DNA from: Candidatus Heimdallarchaeota archaeon
GTDB lineage: Archaea; Asgardarchaeota; Heimdallarchaeia; JABLTI01
DNA: 64,000 nt
Direction: 5' to 3'
Assembly: GCA_019058275.1 (NCBI GenBank)
Contig: JAHLVW010000066.1
Location: 160,001 to 224,000 of the forward strand
The translations under genes were made by a program, and so were the position numbers. Position 1 is the first letter of the stretch. Each line of letters opens with the position of its first letter. Positions 40,295 through 50,885 of this stretch are shown here, piece after piece. The notes under the pieces were generated by a model. That model ran no database searches, was not told the origin of the DNA, and saw only the letters and a program-made list of their open reading frames with translations.

Positions 40295-40699
40295 ATGGAA
40301 ATTACTAGTAAATGGATTGAAAAAAATAAATTCAAAGTTGATGATGGAAAACATCCATTCTTTATCCTTGACACACCAGAGAAATATGGTGGGGATGATG
40401 CTGCCCCAACAGCATTAGAAATGGCGGTAATGGCTTTAGCAACATGTTTAGGTACATCCTATCGAATGACTTTAAGTCATATGCATCTTACATTTAAAGA
40501 GCTTGAAATAAAAGCAATAGCAAATAAATCAGATGATATACACTTGTCAGACATTCATCTAATGGTTTATGTGAAATCAAAAGAATCTCAAACGAAATTA
40601 GAGAAAGCTTTAGCTATCGCTGAGAAGAATTGTGCAGTTGATATAATATTTCATCAAACAGAAATTCCAATAGAAACAAAGCTAAAGATATTAAGTTAA
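40295..40699 (+). CDS. OsmC family protein
   Basis: DTPEKYGG..PTALE..ATC, AEKNCAV. Confidence 0.9.
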   Translation: MEITSKWIEKNKFKVDDGKHPFFILDTPEKYGGDDAAPTALEMAVMALATCLGTSYRMTLSHMHLTFKELEIKAIANKSDDIHLSDIHLMVYVKSKESQTKLEKALAIAEKNCAVDIIFHQTEIPIETKLKILS

Positions 40700-40807
40700 A
40701 AATAGAACTTCATTTGTTTTCGTGTAGTTCCTTTTAAAAGATTTATACATAATATACTGAATCACAATTTTCGATTAGATCGCCTAAACTTTAGAGGTAA
40801 AATAAAA

Positions 40808-41215
40808 ATGAAATCAACATATAAACTAGTGAAAAATTATCAAGCAATTGTAGATAATGGAAGAAATCATGCTACAGTAATTGATTTAACACCAAAAGGT
40901 GATGGTGAGAGTTTAGGTCCAACAGCATTAGAATTATGCTTAATGAGTTATTCCGGTTGTATCGGTACGATCTTCGCCAAAATTGCTAGAAAAATGCGTT
41001 TAGCTATTGAAAGCTTGGAAGTTGTTCTTGAAGCTGATAGAGACAAAGAAGACCCTACGATGAGATCTGTAAATGCAACAGTAAATGTAAAATCTCCTGA
41101 TTCAGTTGCAAAACTCGAAAAGTGCTTAGATTTTATATTGCACACTTGCCCTGTAGGTGTACTTTTTGATAATGCAGATGTACCAAAAAATGTTAAATTG
41201 AATGTAATAGAGTGA
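40808..41215 (+). CDS. OsmC family protein (tandem paralogue)
   Basis: GPTALELCLMSYSGC, TCPVG. Confidence 0.9.
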   Translation: MKSTYKLVKNYQAIVDNGRNHATVIDLTPKGDGESLGPTALELCLMSYSGCIGTIFAKIARKMRLAIESLEVVLEADRDKEDPTMRSVNATVNVKSPDSVAKLEKCLDFILHTCPVGVLFDNADVPKNVKLNVIE

Positions 41216-41381
41216 AGGATTATTTGCTTTTTTCCCAAAATTTCCTGTACTTTATTCAAAAATTAATGCAATCATCACTTTTTCTAGTTTTTTTTCATGT
41301 CGCTTTAGTAAAAGATTTTTATTAGATAAATATTAAATACTCGTATAGCTATTTCAATTCAATATATTTGGTGTATACATC

Positions 41382-41933
41382 ATGTCTTTTGGCAGTATAT
41401 TACTTGGCGCCTTAATAGGCGGTTTATTAAGTAGCGGTGCAGTAATTGGCATCTCTTTCTTGTTCACACTTCTACCATGGTGGGCCATACTCCTAATTGG
41501 CGCTGGTGGCAGTTTAATCGGTGGTATAATCGCTGGTGTAATTGCTAAAGGTGTTGGAGCAGGTGCCCTTGCAGGTCTATTATCTGGTTTAATAGTGCTT
41601 ATTGCTAGTTTCCTATTCTTGTGGTTGTACTATAAAGCTACAATATCCGCATTTGTAGTCTCTATGGGAAGTGTAGCACAGTTCGCAGATGAGGTAGTTG
41701 ATCTATTTGGTGTTGGTGGAACTGACGTAGGCATCATGATGGAACAATGGATAACAGCTTCGATTCCTACAACAGCTGACATACAAGCCTTTGTTGATAG
41801 TAAATTTATTTTCTTTGCATTAATACTTGGTGCCATATTTGGCGGTATCGCTGCTGTAACAAACTTCTTCGCTGGTATGATTGTCGGTCTTTTCACAAGA
41901 AAGAAGAAGGAAAGCTACGATTCTTACTATTAA
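41382..41933 (+). CDS. Gly-rich membrane protein (DUF5518-like)
   Basis: LGALIGG, GGIIAGVIAKGVGAGALAG. Confidence 0.7.
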   Translation: MSFGSILLGALIGGLLSSGAVIGISFLFTLLPWWAILLIGAGGSLIGGIIAGVIAKGVGAGALAGLLSGLIVLIASFLFLWLYYKATISAFVVSMGSVAQFADEVVDLFGVGGTDVGIMMEQWITASIPTTADIQAFVDSKFIFFALILGAIFGGIAAVTNFFAGMIVGLFTRKKKESYDSYY

Positions 41934-41945
41934 AACATAAGACAA

Positions 41946-41987
41946 CCGCGTGATACTACAATCCCACGCGGAACTTATTTCTTTTTT
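41946..41987 (+). terminator. GC-rich hairpin plus T-tract
   Basis: CCGCGTG...CACGCGG, then cttatttctttttt. Confidence 0.6.
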
Positions 41988-42086
41988 AAATACTCTAAAA
42001 TACATTAATATTCTTAGGAGAATTTTTAGTAAACAAAAATTAAGCTATTTTATTAATTTCATAATCTGTTAGTCGGGAATGAAAAA

Positions 42087-43157
42087 ATGAAAATTGTTTT
42101 CCTATATCCAATAACTCAAGATGCATTAGATTATTTGAAAGAAGAACTACCAGAAGATATTACAGTTATTGCTCGAATTAGAGGAGAGACTGGTCATAGA
42201 CCTCTAAATGAAGATCCTGAAATAATAAAGGAAACAAAAGATGCAGATATTTTAATGGGTCCATATGTTACAGAAGAAATTTTATCACAAGCAGTTCCAG
42301 AAGCAGGGGGAAAACTAAAATTAATTTTTATTCCCTGGACTGGAGTGGATAGGCTAAATTTTGATTTGCTAAAGAAATACTCAGTTCCGATTGCAAACAG
42401 TCATGGCAATGCAAGAACAGTAGCTGAACATACAATAGCCCTTTTATTAACAGCTGCAAGGAATATAATACATCATGATAGACTAATGAGAGATGGAGAT
42501 TGGAGCTCAAGATTTGTAAAAATGCCTGCAGTTAATATAACAGGTAAAACAGTTGGCTTACTTGGATATGGTAAAATTGCTACTGAAAGTGCTAAATTAC
42601 TCAAAGGATTTGACCTTAAATTCATAGGTTGTAGGAGAGATCCTAAAAAATCAACAGAAGAACAAAAGCAAATCGCTTCTAAAATATACTCTATAGATGA
42701 ATTGGAGCAGTTCTTGAAAGAATCTGATATTATCATTAATTCTCTTCCACTTACTAAAGATACCAAAGATATTTTGAGTACAAAAGAATTTGAACAGATG
42801 AAAGAAGGTGTAATTATTGTAAATGTAGGAAGAGGTCATACAATTGATGAAAAAGCATTTTATGACGCAGTTAAAAATGGTAAGGTTTTTGCAGCAGGAA
42901 TCGATCCACAGTGGGTTTATCCACAGAGAACTTCAGTTCCTAGACGCACAGATGGAGGTTCTGATTCAGTGGAAAAAACATTTCCATCAAATTATCCCAT
43001 TCATGAGTTTGATAATGTTGTTCTTAGCCCTCATCGTGCAGCTCACATAACCAAAGGATACGAACGTAGTCACTGGCATGATGTCATTGAGAATATACTA
43101 AGGATATACAATGGTAATAATCCTATTAATGTTATAGATAGTGAAAAAGGATATTGA
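42087..43157 (+). CDS. D-2-hydroxyacid dehydrogenase family
   Basis: VAEH, GLLGYGKIA, PLTKDT, NVGRG, SPHRA. Confidence 0.92.
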   Translation: MKIVFLYPITQDALDYLKEELPEDITVIARIRGETGHRPLNEDPEIIKETKDADILMGPYVTEEILSQAVPEAGGKLKLIFIPWTGVDRLNFDLLKKYSVPIANSHGNARTVAEHTIALLLTAARNIIHHDRLMRDGDWSSRFVKMPAVNITGKTVGLLGYGKIATESAKLLKGFDLKFIGCRRDPKKSTEEQKQIASKIYSIDELEQFLKESDIIINSLPLTKDTKDILSTKEFEQMKEGVIIVNVGRGHTIDEKAFYDAVKNGKVFAAGIDPQWVYPQRTSVPRRTDGGSDSVEKTFPSNYPIHEFDNVVLSPHRAAHITKGYERSHWHDVIENILRIYNGNNPINVIDSEKGY

Positions 43158-43168
43158 AAAAGTAAAAA

Positions 43169-46100
43169 TTAAGCAGGTACTTTAGTTTGTCCTGCTTTTC
43201 CTACCCATTCTTTGAGAATGTATTTACCAATTAGAAACTTAGCTAGTTCCATTATACAAGCTGCTATGATACATATGCCTAGTAGTAATCCCCAAGCTGG
43301 TCCTGTCAATGGCATTGAGTCAAAAATGGTATTATTCACACCATTGAATGTATTCATTGGAACATATATGGCAATCATTTGCAGTCCCATTGCAAGTCCA
43401 ATAGAACCCCAAATCCATTTGTTGTTGAATGGACTCATTGTAAAAGTAGAACTTTCAAAACCAGTTCTTGTGATAAACACATTAAACATTTCAAAAACAA
43501 TTGCTGTTGTAAAGTTGAGAGTTCTCGCATGAGAATACCATTGTTCTGAATTAAGTTCTGTTAAACTTTCAGCACCAGTAAATGTTAATGCAAATGATTT
43601 TATCCATTCTGGAGTTTCTGCTAAGGCTGCATTAATTGCACCTAAATTATCTGTAATAATTACTCCACTAGCATCTATAATTTCACCAACTGTATGTGCT
43701 TCAGCTACATAAGCTATAGGTACAAATACAATCATACCAGCTACAAAAGCTAAAAATCCTGCGATAATTGAAAAGATGTAAATATCTTTCATAAAACTTT
43801 CATCTTTTTTCCTCGGTGGCTCTCTCATAATACCAGCAAAAGGAGGATCAACACTTAATGCAATTGCTGGTAAACCATCTGTAACTAAATTAATCCAAAG
43901 AATCTGAATTGCAGTGAAAGGAGTCCTTAATCCAAGAAAGACCACACTAACAAAGACAACTAATATTTCATCAAAGTTTGAAGCAATTAAGTAACGAATG
44001 AATTTCAACATATTTTGAAAGATGGTTCTGCCTCGTTCAACAGCATCAACAATAGTTGCGAAATTATCATCAGCTAAAACCATTTGAGCTGCTTCTCGAG
44101 TTACATCTGTTCCTTGAATCCCCATTGCAATACCTATATCTGCTTTCTTAATAGCTGGAGCATCATTTACACCATCACCGGTTGTAGCCACTGTATGCCC
44201 TTTCTCTTGAAATGCACTTACAATTCGGTGCTTATGTTCAGGACTTACTCGAGCGAAAATCTTGACATCTTCGATTATATTCATTAATTCTTCATCAGAC
44301 ATCTCTTCTAATTCAGTACCAGTAATAGTTTGCCAATTTTCACCAGTAACTAAACCGATATCTTTAGCAATAGCTTCTGCAGTAATCTTTTGGTCTCCAG
44401 TAACCATAATTGCATCAATACCTGCTGCTCTGCATTTTTGAAGAGCATCTTTAACTTCTGGTCTAGCTGGATCTATCATACCTACAAGTCCAAGGAAAAT
44501 TAAATCTGTTTCAATATTATCTTCCAATTCTGACAAGAAATTATTTTCATCAACTTGTATCAAGCGCTCTTCTATAAGCCTATATGCAATAGCTAAAACT
44601 CTTAATGCTCTAGAAGCCATTTCATCATTTAATTCAAGAATGGATCTTTTTAATCCATTATTAATGGGTGAAACCTTGCCATCAATTGATACAAAACTGC
44701 AACGTTCTAGAAGCACGGGAGGTGAACCTTTAGAGTAAGCAACGAGATCCTCCTCAAATTCCTTTTTAGTCAATTGTCTGTTTATTGTGGTCATTCTCTT
44801 TCTTTGAGAATCAAAGAAGATTTCAGTTTCTCTAGGATAATCATCTTCATCATATAGTCCAGCTTTGCGTGCTAAAACAATTAATGATACCTCTGTTGGA
44901 TCACCAATTGTTTCAACAAATTCTGTATCCTTATCATAGTTTATCTTTGCATTATTACAAAGTAGTGATGTTCTTAATAGTTTCATGAGATCAAGATTGT
45001 CTGATGGATTAATCTTTTTCTCATCCTCAAAGAAATCACCTATTGGTTTAAATCCTTCTCCAGAGATTTTTATAGTATGATTAAGCGTCTTAACCTCTGT
45101 TATGGTCATCTCATTTTTAGTTAAGGTTCCTGTCTTATCGCTACAAATAACATCAACAATTCCCAAAGTTTCAACAGCTGGTAATCTAGAAACTATGGCA
45201 TTTTGCTTTGCCATCATTCTTACTCCTATAGCATAAGTCAAAGTAATAGCTGCTGGAAGTCCTTCTGGAACTGCGGAAACTGCTAAGGCTAATGCTGTTT
45301 CTAATGCTTCGACCCATCCTTCAAGGTTACCAAACTCTATATAATGTTTAATAATAACAGTCGAAAATACAATGGCACATATGATAACTATCGTTAATCC
45401 AAGTATTTTGCCTAATTTATCCAAGTTCTTTTGAAGTGGTGTTGGTTCTTCTTCCTCTTTTTGCATTAATGCTGCAATTTTACCCATTTCAGTTTCCATA
45501 CCAACATCTACAACAACAGCTTTAGATCGACCATAAGTTACTGTAGTTCCCATGAATAACATATTTCTTCTATCACCAACTACAGCATTTGGTTCAATAA
45601 TTTGCTTAGAGTCTTTACTTAAACTGATAGATTCACCAGTCAAGGCACTTTCATCCACTTTGAGACTAGTTGATTCAACTAAGCGCATATCTGCAGGAAC
45701 TTTCTCACCAGCTTCGATTAATACAATATCTCCAACAGTCAGATATTTTGAATCTACAATATGCTCCTCATCTTCACGAAGAACTCGAACCTCTTTGCTA
45801 ACCATTTTCTTGAGTTCTTCCAGTGATCTTTCAGCTTGATATTCTTGTATGAATCCTATAACACCATTGATGATAACAATTGCAAAAATAACAATAGCAT
45901 CAATATAATCTTCAAAAATGATAGATATAATAGCTGCAATAAATAACAAACCAATTAAAATATCAAAGAACTGCCTAAAAAACAATACTAATGGATGAGT
46001 TCTGCCTTTTTCAACCAAAATGTTTAGTCCATATTTATCTAAACGGTATTCTACTTCTTCATTTGTTAATCCACGAAGTGGATTAGAATCAACTTCTTCC

Positions 46101-46195
46101 AATACTTCTCCAGTATCCATAGCATGATAGGTTTTATCTGGACCAGCTTCATCTAAACTTGCTTCGATATCTTTCTTTTTCATTCGTTTAGGCAT
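43169..46195 (-). CDS. P-type ATPase type IIA (Ca2+-transporting-like)
   Basis: TGES, PEGLP, CSDKTGTLT, TGD, GDGVNDAP, LWINLVTDGLPA. Confidence 0.96.
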   Translation of the reverse strand: MPKRMKKKDIEASLDEAGPDKTYHAMDTGEVLEEVDSNPLRGLTNEEVEYRLDKYGLNILVEKGRTHPLVLFFRQFFDILIGLLFIAAIISIIFEDYIDAIVIFAIVIINGVIGFIQEYQAERSLEELKKMVSKEVRVLREDEEHIVDSKYLTVGDIVLIEAGEKVPADMRLVESTSLKVDESALTGESISLSKDSKQIIEPNAVVGDRRNMLFMGTTVTYGRSKAVVVDVGMETEMGKIAALMQKEEEEPTPLQKNLDKLGKILGLTIVIICAIVFSTVIIKHYIEFGNLEGWVEALETALALAVSAVPEGLPAAITLTYAIGVRMMAKQNAIVSRLPAVETLGIVDVICSDKTGTLTKNEMTITEVKTLNHTIKISGEGFKPIGDFFEDEKKINPSDNLDLMKLLRTSLLCNNAKINYDKDTEFVETIGDPTEVSLIVLARKAGLYDEDDYPRETEIFFDSQRKRMTTINRQLTKKEFEEDLVAYSKGSPPVLLERCSFVSIDGKVSPINNGLKRSILELNDEMASRALRVLAIAYRLIEERLIQVDENNFLSELEDNIETDLIFLGLVGMIDPARPEVKDALQKCRAAGIDAIMVTGDQKITAEAIAKDIGLVTGENWQTITGTELEEMSDEELMNIIEDVKIFARVSPEHKHRIVSAFQEKGHTVATTGDGVNDAPAIKKADIGIAMGIQGTDVTREAAQMVLADDNFATIVDAVERGRTIFQNMLKFIRYLIASNFDEILVVFVSVVFLGLRTPFTAIQILWINLVTDGLPAIALSVDPPFAGIMREPPRKKDESFMKDIYIFSIIAGFLAFVAGMIVFVPIAYVAEAHTVGEIIDASGVIITDNLGAINAALAETPEWIKSFALTFTGAESLTELNSEQWYSHARTLNFTTAIVFEMFNVFITRTGFESSTFTMSPFNNKWIWGSIGLAMGLQMIAIYVPMNTFNGVNNTIFDSMPLTGPAWGLLLGICIIAACIMELAKFLIGKYILKEWVGKAGQTKVPA

Positions 46196-46294
46196 TTAAG
46201 TTTCCGCCATTTTGAATTTCAATTAAGAACAGTGAAACATCTATTTATATTAAATATATAAATTCGACCGATAATCTCACATTATGATATTGAT

Positions 46295-46990
46295 TTAAAT
46301 TTTCCTATGAATTGAAGCAATTATTTCCTTGTCATAATTCAATCCTGAAATAATAGCACTTTTTCTAGCAACTTCAAATGAGCTAGCACTCACAATTAGT
46401 ATTTGATTCAAAGGGTCAAGAAACTTTTTCGCTTTATTTTCAAAATAAGTTTGTAAATCTGGATAGTAGTTTTTTAAGTCAATATCTTCTTCAGGGAAAA
46501 CTAGTTGTTTCTGGTCGTTAATAAAAAGAAACAATATAGCTTCCCCCCCGTAAGAGACAACTATATCTCTCAGTTTCCAAGAAGTGATTGTGTTTTTTTT
46601 ATCAGTAGACTTTTCAGTTTTCTTATTTGATATTATTGTATAGTAGTGATATTTATCTGGAAAAACTTCAAACTCATAAATATCGTGTTTGGGAAGTATT
46701 CTCACTATTTCTTGAATTAATTCCTCTCCTTTAGGTGCCAAAGAATGACCCGATCTACCAGATGAAGCTTCCAATAAATCTTTCTTTTTACAGTAATTCA
46801 AAAGGGATTTCGTACTGCTGTCAGATAAATTCAACTCATTTTGAAGTTTATAACGACCCATTGGATTTTGATAAATTAAAATAAGAGCAGTAATTAAATC
46901 ACTATCAGTAAATTCTGCTCTTGCTCCTCTTTCACCTGTTTTAATCCAATGGACTATTTCGGACAAATGTATAAAACCTCGATAATTCAC
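46295..46990 (-). CDS. Winged-helix protein (DUF4443-like)
   Basis: MGRYKLQNELNLSDSSTKSLL..GHSL..KG; LRDIVVSYGGEA. Confidence 0.65.
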   Translation of the reverse strand: MNYRGFIHLSEIVHWIKTGERGARAEFTDSDLITALILIYQNPMGRYKLQNELNLSDSSTKSLLNYCKKKDLLEASSGRSGHSLAPKGEELIQEIVRILPKHDIYEFEVFPDKYHYYTIISNKKTEKSTDKKNTITSWKLRDIVVSYGGEAILFLFINDQKQLVFPEEDIDLKNYYPDLQTYFENKAKKFLDPLNQILIVSASSFEVARKSAIISGLNYDKEIIASIHRKI

Positions 46991-46993
46991 TTT

Positions 46994-47665
46994 TTAGTCT
47001 TTTTTCTCTCGATTAGCTTTGGTTAATTCTGCCCAACAAATTAATGTTTTAACCAATTGATCTCCTTTAGATTTTCTCAAAGGATAAGCTCTTATCCAGT
47101 GCTCCTTCTCATCGCTTACTATCTGGATAACTTCAACACCATATCTAAGAAAACCTTTTATTTTAATTAAATAGCAATAGTTCCCTTGCATGGCATTTAC
47201 GCAATCAATACTAACATTAGGAATTTCCTTCCACCTAAAGATGCTTCGCCACTTAATAGCAATAGTAGTTACATCTATCTTATAAGAGCAAGCAAAAATT
47301 ACTCTAAGAATTGCATATAGAAAAGCAAAACCTGCTAATACAATTAGGATTAAAGCTGATAAATCATTAGGAAGATAAATTATACCGGGAACTAGACAAG
47401 CTGCTCCTAATGCTAATAAAGGAAGAAATTGAGCGAGGATATAGATAAGAACATCTTTGAAATCCATAGAAAAAGATAATCCCCTTTTTATTTGTTTGAG
47501 GAATTCTTCTTTTTCTGAATCTTCAATGAAATATTTACTAGCTTTCTTCTCTTCCATTTTTATTCTTTTTTCTTCAACATCACTAATGCCTTCTCCACCT
47601 AATAAAGAATCTCGAATTGGTCTCTTCTTTCTTGAGTCACTATTATTTTCAGCAGATTCATTCAT
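46994..47665 (-). CDS. Two-TM membrane protein with PH-like C-terminal domain
   Basis: Two TM helices, then YKIDVTTIAIKWRSIFRWKEIP (compare 15655-16278). Confidence 0.65.
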   Translation of the reverse strand: MNESAENNSDSRKKRPIRDSLLGGEGISDVEEKRIKMEEKKASKYFIEDSEKEEFLKQIKRGLSFSMDFKDVLIYILAQFLPLLALGAACLVPGIIYLPNDLSALILIVLAGFAFLYAILRVIFACSYKIDVTTIAIKWRSIFRWKEIPNVSIDCVNAMQGNYCYLIKIKGFLRYGVEVIQIVSDEKEHWIRAYPLRKSKGDQLVKTLICWAELTKANREKKD

Positions 47666-47916
47666 CTGGTTTTCCCCATATTACAGACACTTTGCTAATT
47701 CATTCTATGCTAATAAATTCTTCTTAAGAACTTTTAGAAATTTCCTCTAAGTATTTTACTAGATTTAGCAATGTTCATTGGAAAATTATAGTTTGGTTAG
47801 CTGAAATTTTAATAGTACATTTTATAATTACGAGAGGTATTTTTTACACTAAAGATAACTTAATAAAATCTACAGTAAACGGTTTGACTTGATTTATCTC
47901 TAAAGGTAGAAAAACA

Positions 47917-48174
47917 ATGGAAGTACATCAACATCCTAAGAAAAAATATTACATTATTACTGATGAAAGCAGATGCAAAGGATGCGGTTTGTGCATTGAA
48001 TTCTGTCCCAAAGATTGTCTTGGTTATTCTGATGAGATTAATGAAAAAGGTTGGCGGGTGTCAAAAATACACCGAATGAAGGATTGCATAAAATGTTACA
48101 TGTGTGAGAGAATGTGTCCTGATTTTGCTATCTTTATCGATGAAAATACGAAAGAAGAAGGAGCAAAAGCTTAA
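47917..48174 (+). CDS. korD: 2-oxoacid:ferredoxin oxidoreductase delta subunit (2x[4Fe-4S])
   Basis: CKGCGLCIEFCP and CIKCYMCERMCPDFAI. Confidence 0.92.
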   Translation: MEVHQHPKKKYYIITDESRCKGCGLCIEFCPKDCLGYSDEINEKGWRVSKIHRMKDCIKCYMCERMCPDFAIFIDENTKEEGAKA

Positions 48175-48191
48175 TCGCAGGAGTAGAGAAC

Positions 48192-49361
48192 ATGGCAGTG
48201 GAAAGACAACCCAAAGTATTAACAGGGACATACTTCAAAAATGGAAATTGGGCTTTGGTTGAAGGAGCTATTGCAAGTGGTATAGCAGAATTTTTTGCTT
48301 ATCCAATTTCCCCTGCTTCGGAAATTGTTGAATATGTTAGTTATAGGTTGCCAGCTGTTGGAGGTAAAGCTGCTTTTATCGTTGAAGATGAAATTGCTTC
48401 AATCAATATGTGTATTGGAGCATCCTGGGCTGGATCAAAAGTACTTACTGCAACATCAGGACCTGGTTTTTCTCTAAAACAAGAAGGTTTAGGATTAGCA
48501 TACATGACTGAAACACCTCTAGTATGTTTGAATGTTCAACGAGGTGGACCATCTACAGGATTACCAACTTTTTCAGCACAAGGAGATTATATGCAAGTTC
48601 AATTTGGTTCTCATGGAGATTACCCAGCAATTGCGTTAACACCTTGGTCTGTACAAGAATGTTTTGATCTAACAATTGAAGCGTTTAATATTTCAGAAAG
48701 ATTAAGAACACCAGTAATTTTACTTGCTGATGGTGAAGTAAGTCGAATGATGGAACAAGTAACCATACCAAAAGAAGAGGAAATTCAAGTCATAAATAGA
48801 AAAGGTCCTAAACAAGGAATTGATAAGACAAAATTCAAGCAATTTGATGCTTCTGATCAAGAGGACCTAGTACCACCAATGGCACATTTTGGTGAAGGGT
48901 ATAAAATATTTGGAACAGGTTTAACTCATACAGAGGAAGGAATACCAAAATTAGATGAAGATCTACATATTGAGTTAATAGATCGTCTCTATAAAAAAGC
49001 GGAAATCAACAGTCATCTCTATCCTAAAGCTCATACATACATGGTTGATGATGCTGAAATTGTCATTATATCAACTGGAATATCTGCAAGAGCTAGTTTA
49101 GAAGCAGTTCTTGAAGCTAGAGAGGTAGGAATAAAAGTTGGATTATTTAGACCAATAACAGTCTGGCCATTTCCAAGAGATGAATTTGAACCTCTAGCAA
49201 AGAAAGCCGATCTAATTGTTGTAGAAATGAGTATGGGACAACTCATTTGGCCAGTGGAGCGATATGCACGAAAAGAATGTACTCTCGTTAAACGCATTGG
49301 TGGTACACCACCTGATCCGAAGAACATTCTGAAAGCAATAAAGAAGTTAGCAAAGAAATGA
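48192..49361 (+). CDS. korA: 2-oxoacid:ferredoxin oxidoreductase alpha subunit
   Basis: YPISPASE, EDEIAS, TATSGPGFSL, QRGGPSTGLPT. Confidence 0.94.
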   Translation: MAVERQPKVLTGTYFKNGNWALVEGAIASGIAEFFAYPISPASEIVEYVSYRLPAVGGKAAFIVEDEIASINMCIGASWAGSKVLTATSGPGFSLKQEGLGLAYMTETPLVCLNVQRGGPSTGLPTFSAQGDYMQVQFGSHGDYPAIALTPWSVQECFDLTIEAFNISERLRTPVILLADGEVSRMMEQVTIPKEEEIQVINRKGPKQGIDKTKFKQFDASDQEDLVPPMAHFGEGYKIFGTGLTHTEEGIPKLDEDLHIELIDRLYKKAEINSHLYPKAHTYMVDDAEIVIISTGISARASLEAVLEAREVGIKVGLFRPITVWPFPRDEFEPLAKKADLIVVEMSMGQLIWPVERYARKECTLVKRIGGTPPDPKNILKAIKKLAKK

Positions 49362-49370
49362 GGTTGAAAG

Positions 49371-50279
49371 ATGGCAGAACAAAGTAAGAAGATTGATAAA
49401 AGTACAATTATAGAAAAACCACCTAAAGAATTCCAACATCCACAAGAATCTTTATTGCGAAAAAAAGCGATACCAACGATTTACTGTCCTGGTTGTGGTA
49501 TTGGGACTACAATAAATGCATTCTTAGAAGCAATTTCTAAATACTGTCAAATCCCACATGATCAACTATTTGTTGTTAGTGGAATAGGTTGTACTGGAAG
49601 AGCAAGTGGATATGTAAATCTCGATGGATTTCATGCAATACATGGAAGAGCAATTCCATTTGCATCTGGTGTGGAAATTGCAAAACCTCCAATGAAACCA
49701 GTTATTATCTCAGGAGATGGAGATTTATTTTCAATAGGTCTCGGACATCTTGCACATGCTGCAAGAAGAAATATCGATATGACTGTTATCTGTGTAAATA
49801 ACGCAATTTATGGTTTAACAGGTGGACAAGATGCACCTACAACTCCTGTTGGTGCTAAATCAAGAACAACTCCTTATGGTAAAATCTCATTTCCATTCAA
49901 TTTATCACATATTGCAATAGCAAACGGTGCGACCTTTTGCGCACGATATACAGTTTACGAATACATTCAATTATCAAAAGCAATTGCACGTGGAATGAAT
50001 CATCAAGGCTTCTCATTTATTGAAGTTATTTCAAATTGTCATGTTAATTTTGGCAGAAGAAATAATTTGGGAGATGCTGTTGCTATGCGTCAAATGTTCA
50101 AGAAAGCACGAAAAAGAATGAATGAGGAAGATATTGGTCTAGACTATCACAAAACTGATATAATTTTTGAAGCTGGTAAAGGATTTACAAGAATCCCTAC
50201 TGGTATCTTTCTTGAAGAACGAGATGAACCTGAAGAATTTTCGGAGAGGATAATTGATGCCTATGAATTCAAAAAATGA
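49371..50279 (+). CDS. korB: 2-oxoacid:ferredoxin oxidoreductase beta subunit
   Basis: CPGCG, SGIGC, HGRA, GDGD, NNAIYGLTGGQ. Confidence 0.94.
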   Translation: MAEQSKKIDKSTIIEKPPKEFQHPQESLLRKKAIPTIYCPGCGIGTTINAFLEAISKYCQIPHDQLFVVSGIGCTGRASGYVNLDGFHAIHGRAIPFASGVEIAKPPMKPVIISGDGDLFSIGLGHLAHAARRNIDMTVICVNNAIYGLTGGQDAPTTPVGAKSRTTPYGKISFPFNLSHIAIANGATFCARYTVYEYIQLSKAIARGMNHQGFSFIEVISNCHVNFGRRNNLGDAVAMRQMFKKARKRMNEEDIGLDYHKTDIIFEAGKGFTRIPTGIFLEERDEPEEFSERIIDAYEFKK

Positions 50280-50859
50280 AAATTGTGATATTAATATTAT
50301 GATCCGAGGTATAGGTGGTCAAGGTGTTAAGCTAGCCGGTACAATAATTGGTCAAGCAGCTATAAACGATGGACATCATGCAATTCAAAGCATGAAATAT
50401 GGAAGTGCTATTACTGGAGGAGAAACTAGGAGCGAAATAAAAGTCTCGACTGAGAAAATCATTTACCCTCGAGTTACAGATATTGATGTTTATGTAGCAC
50501 TTACTTTAGATGATCTCGAGAACTATTTTGAATCAATAATTTACATTACCGTTCTTGAGGTTGCAAAAAGAATTCCCAAGGAAATCAAAAACAAAGTAAT
50601 ACTTGCTCCCATATTAGGGATTGCAGAGAAAATTGGTAGTAGTAAAGTTGTAAATATGGTTCTTCTTGGAATTTTAAACCAACTCTTCAATCTTGCCTCT
50701 ACTGACTCGTTTATCGAAGCAATAAAAGAGCTAACTGCTAAAAGCTTCCATAAATCAAATATTGAAGCATTTAAACAAGGTAGCAAGTTAGATTTAACAA
50801 AATACAATGATAAAACAACATTAGAACAAGCAGAAATTTGCAGAATAAAAATCCGTTAA
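50263..50859 (+). CDS. korC: 2-oxoacid:ferredoxin oxidoreductase gamma subunit
   Basis: GIGGQG, YGSAITGG, NMVLLG, NIEAF..G. Confidence 0.9.
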   Translation: MNSKNENCDINIMIRGIGGQGVKLAGTIIGQAAINDGHHAIQSMKYGSAITGGETRSEIKVSTEKIIYPRVTDIDVYVALTLDDLENYFESIIYITVLEVAKRIPKEIKNKVILAPILGIAEKIGSSKVVNMVLLGILNQLFNLASTDSFIEAIKELTAKSFHKSNIEAFKQGSKLDLTKYNDKTTLEQAEICRIKIR

Positions 50860-50885
50860 ATAGTGGAGAGAAAAAACCAGGTTTT

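Noticed and set aside
50480-50600. Possible internal deletion in korC (no LK.GG.L motif)
   Set aside because: The frame is intact and this region varies in the family; it cannot be supported without an alignment.
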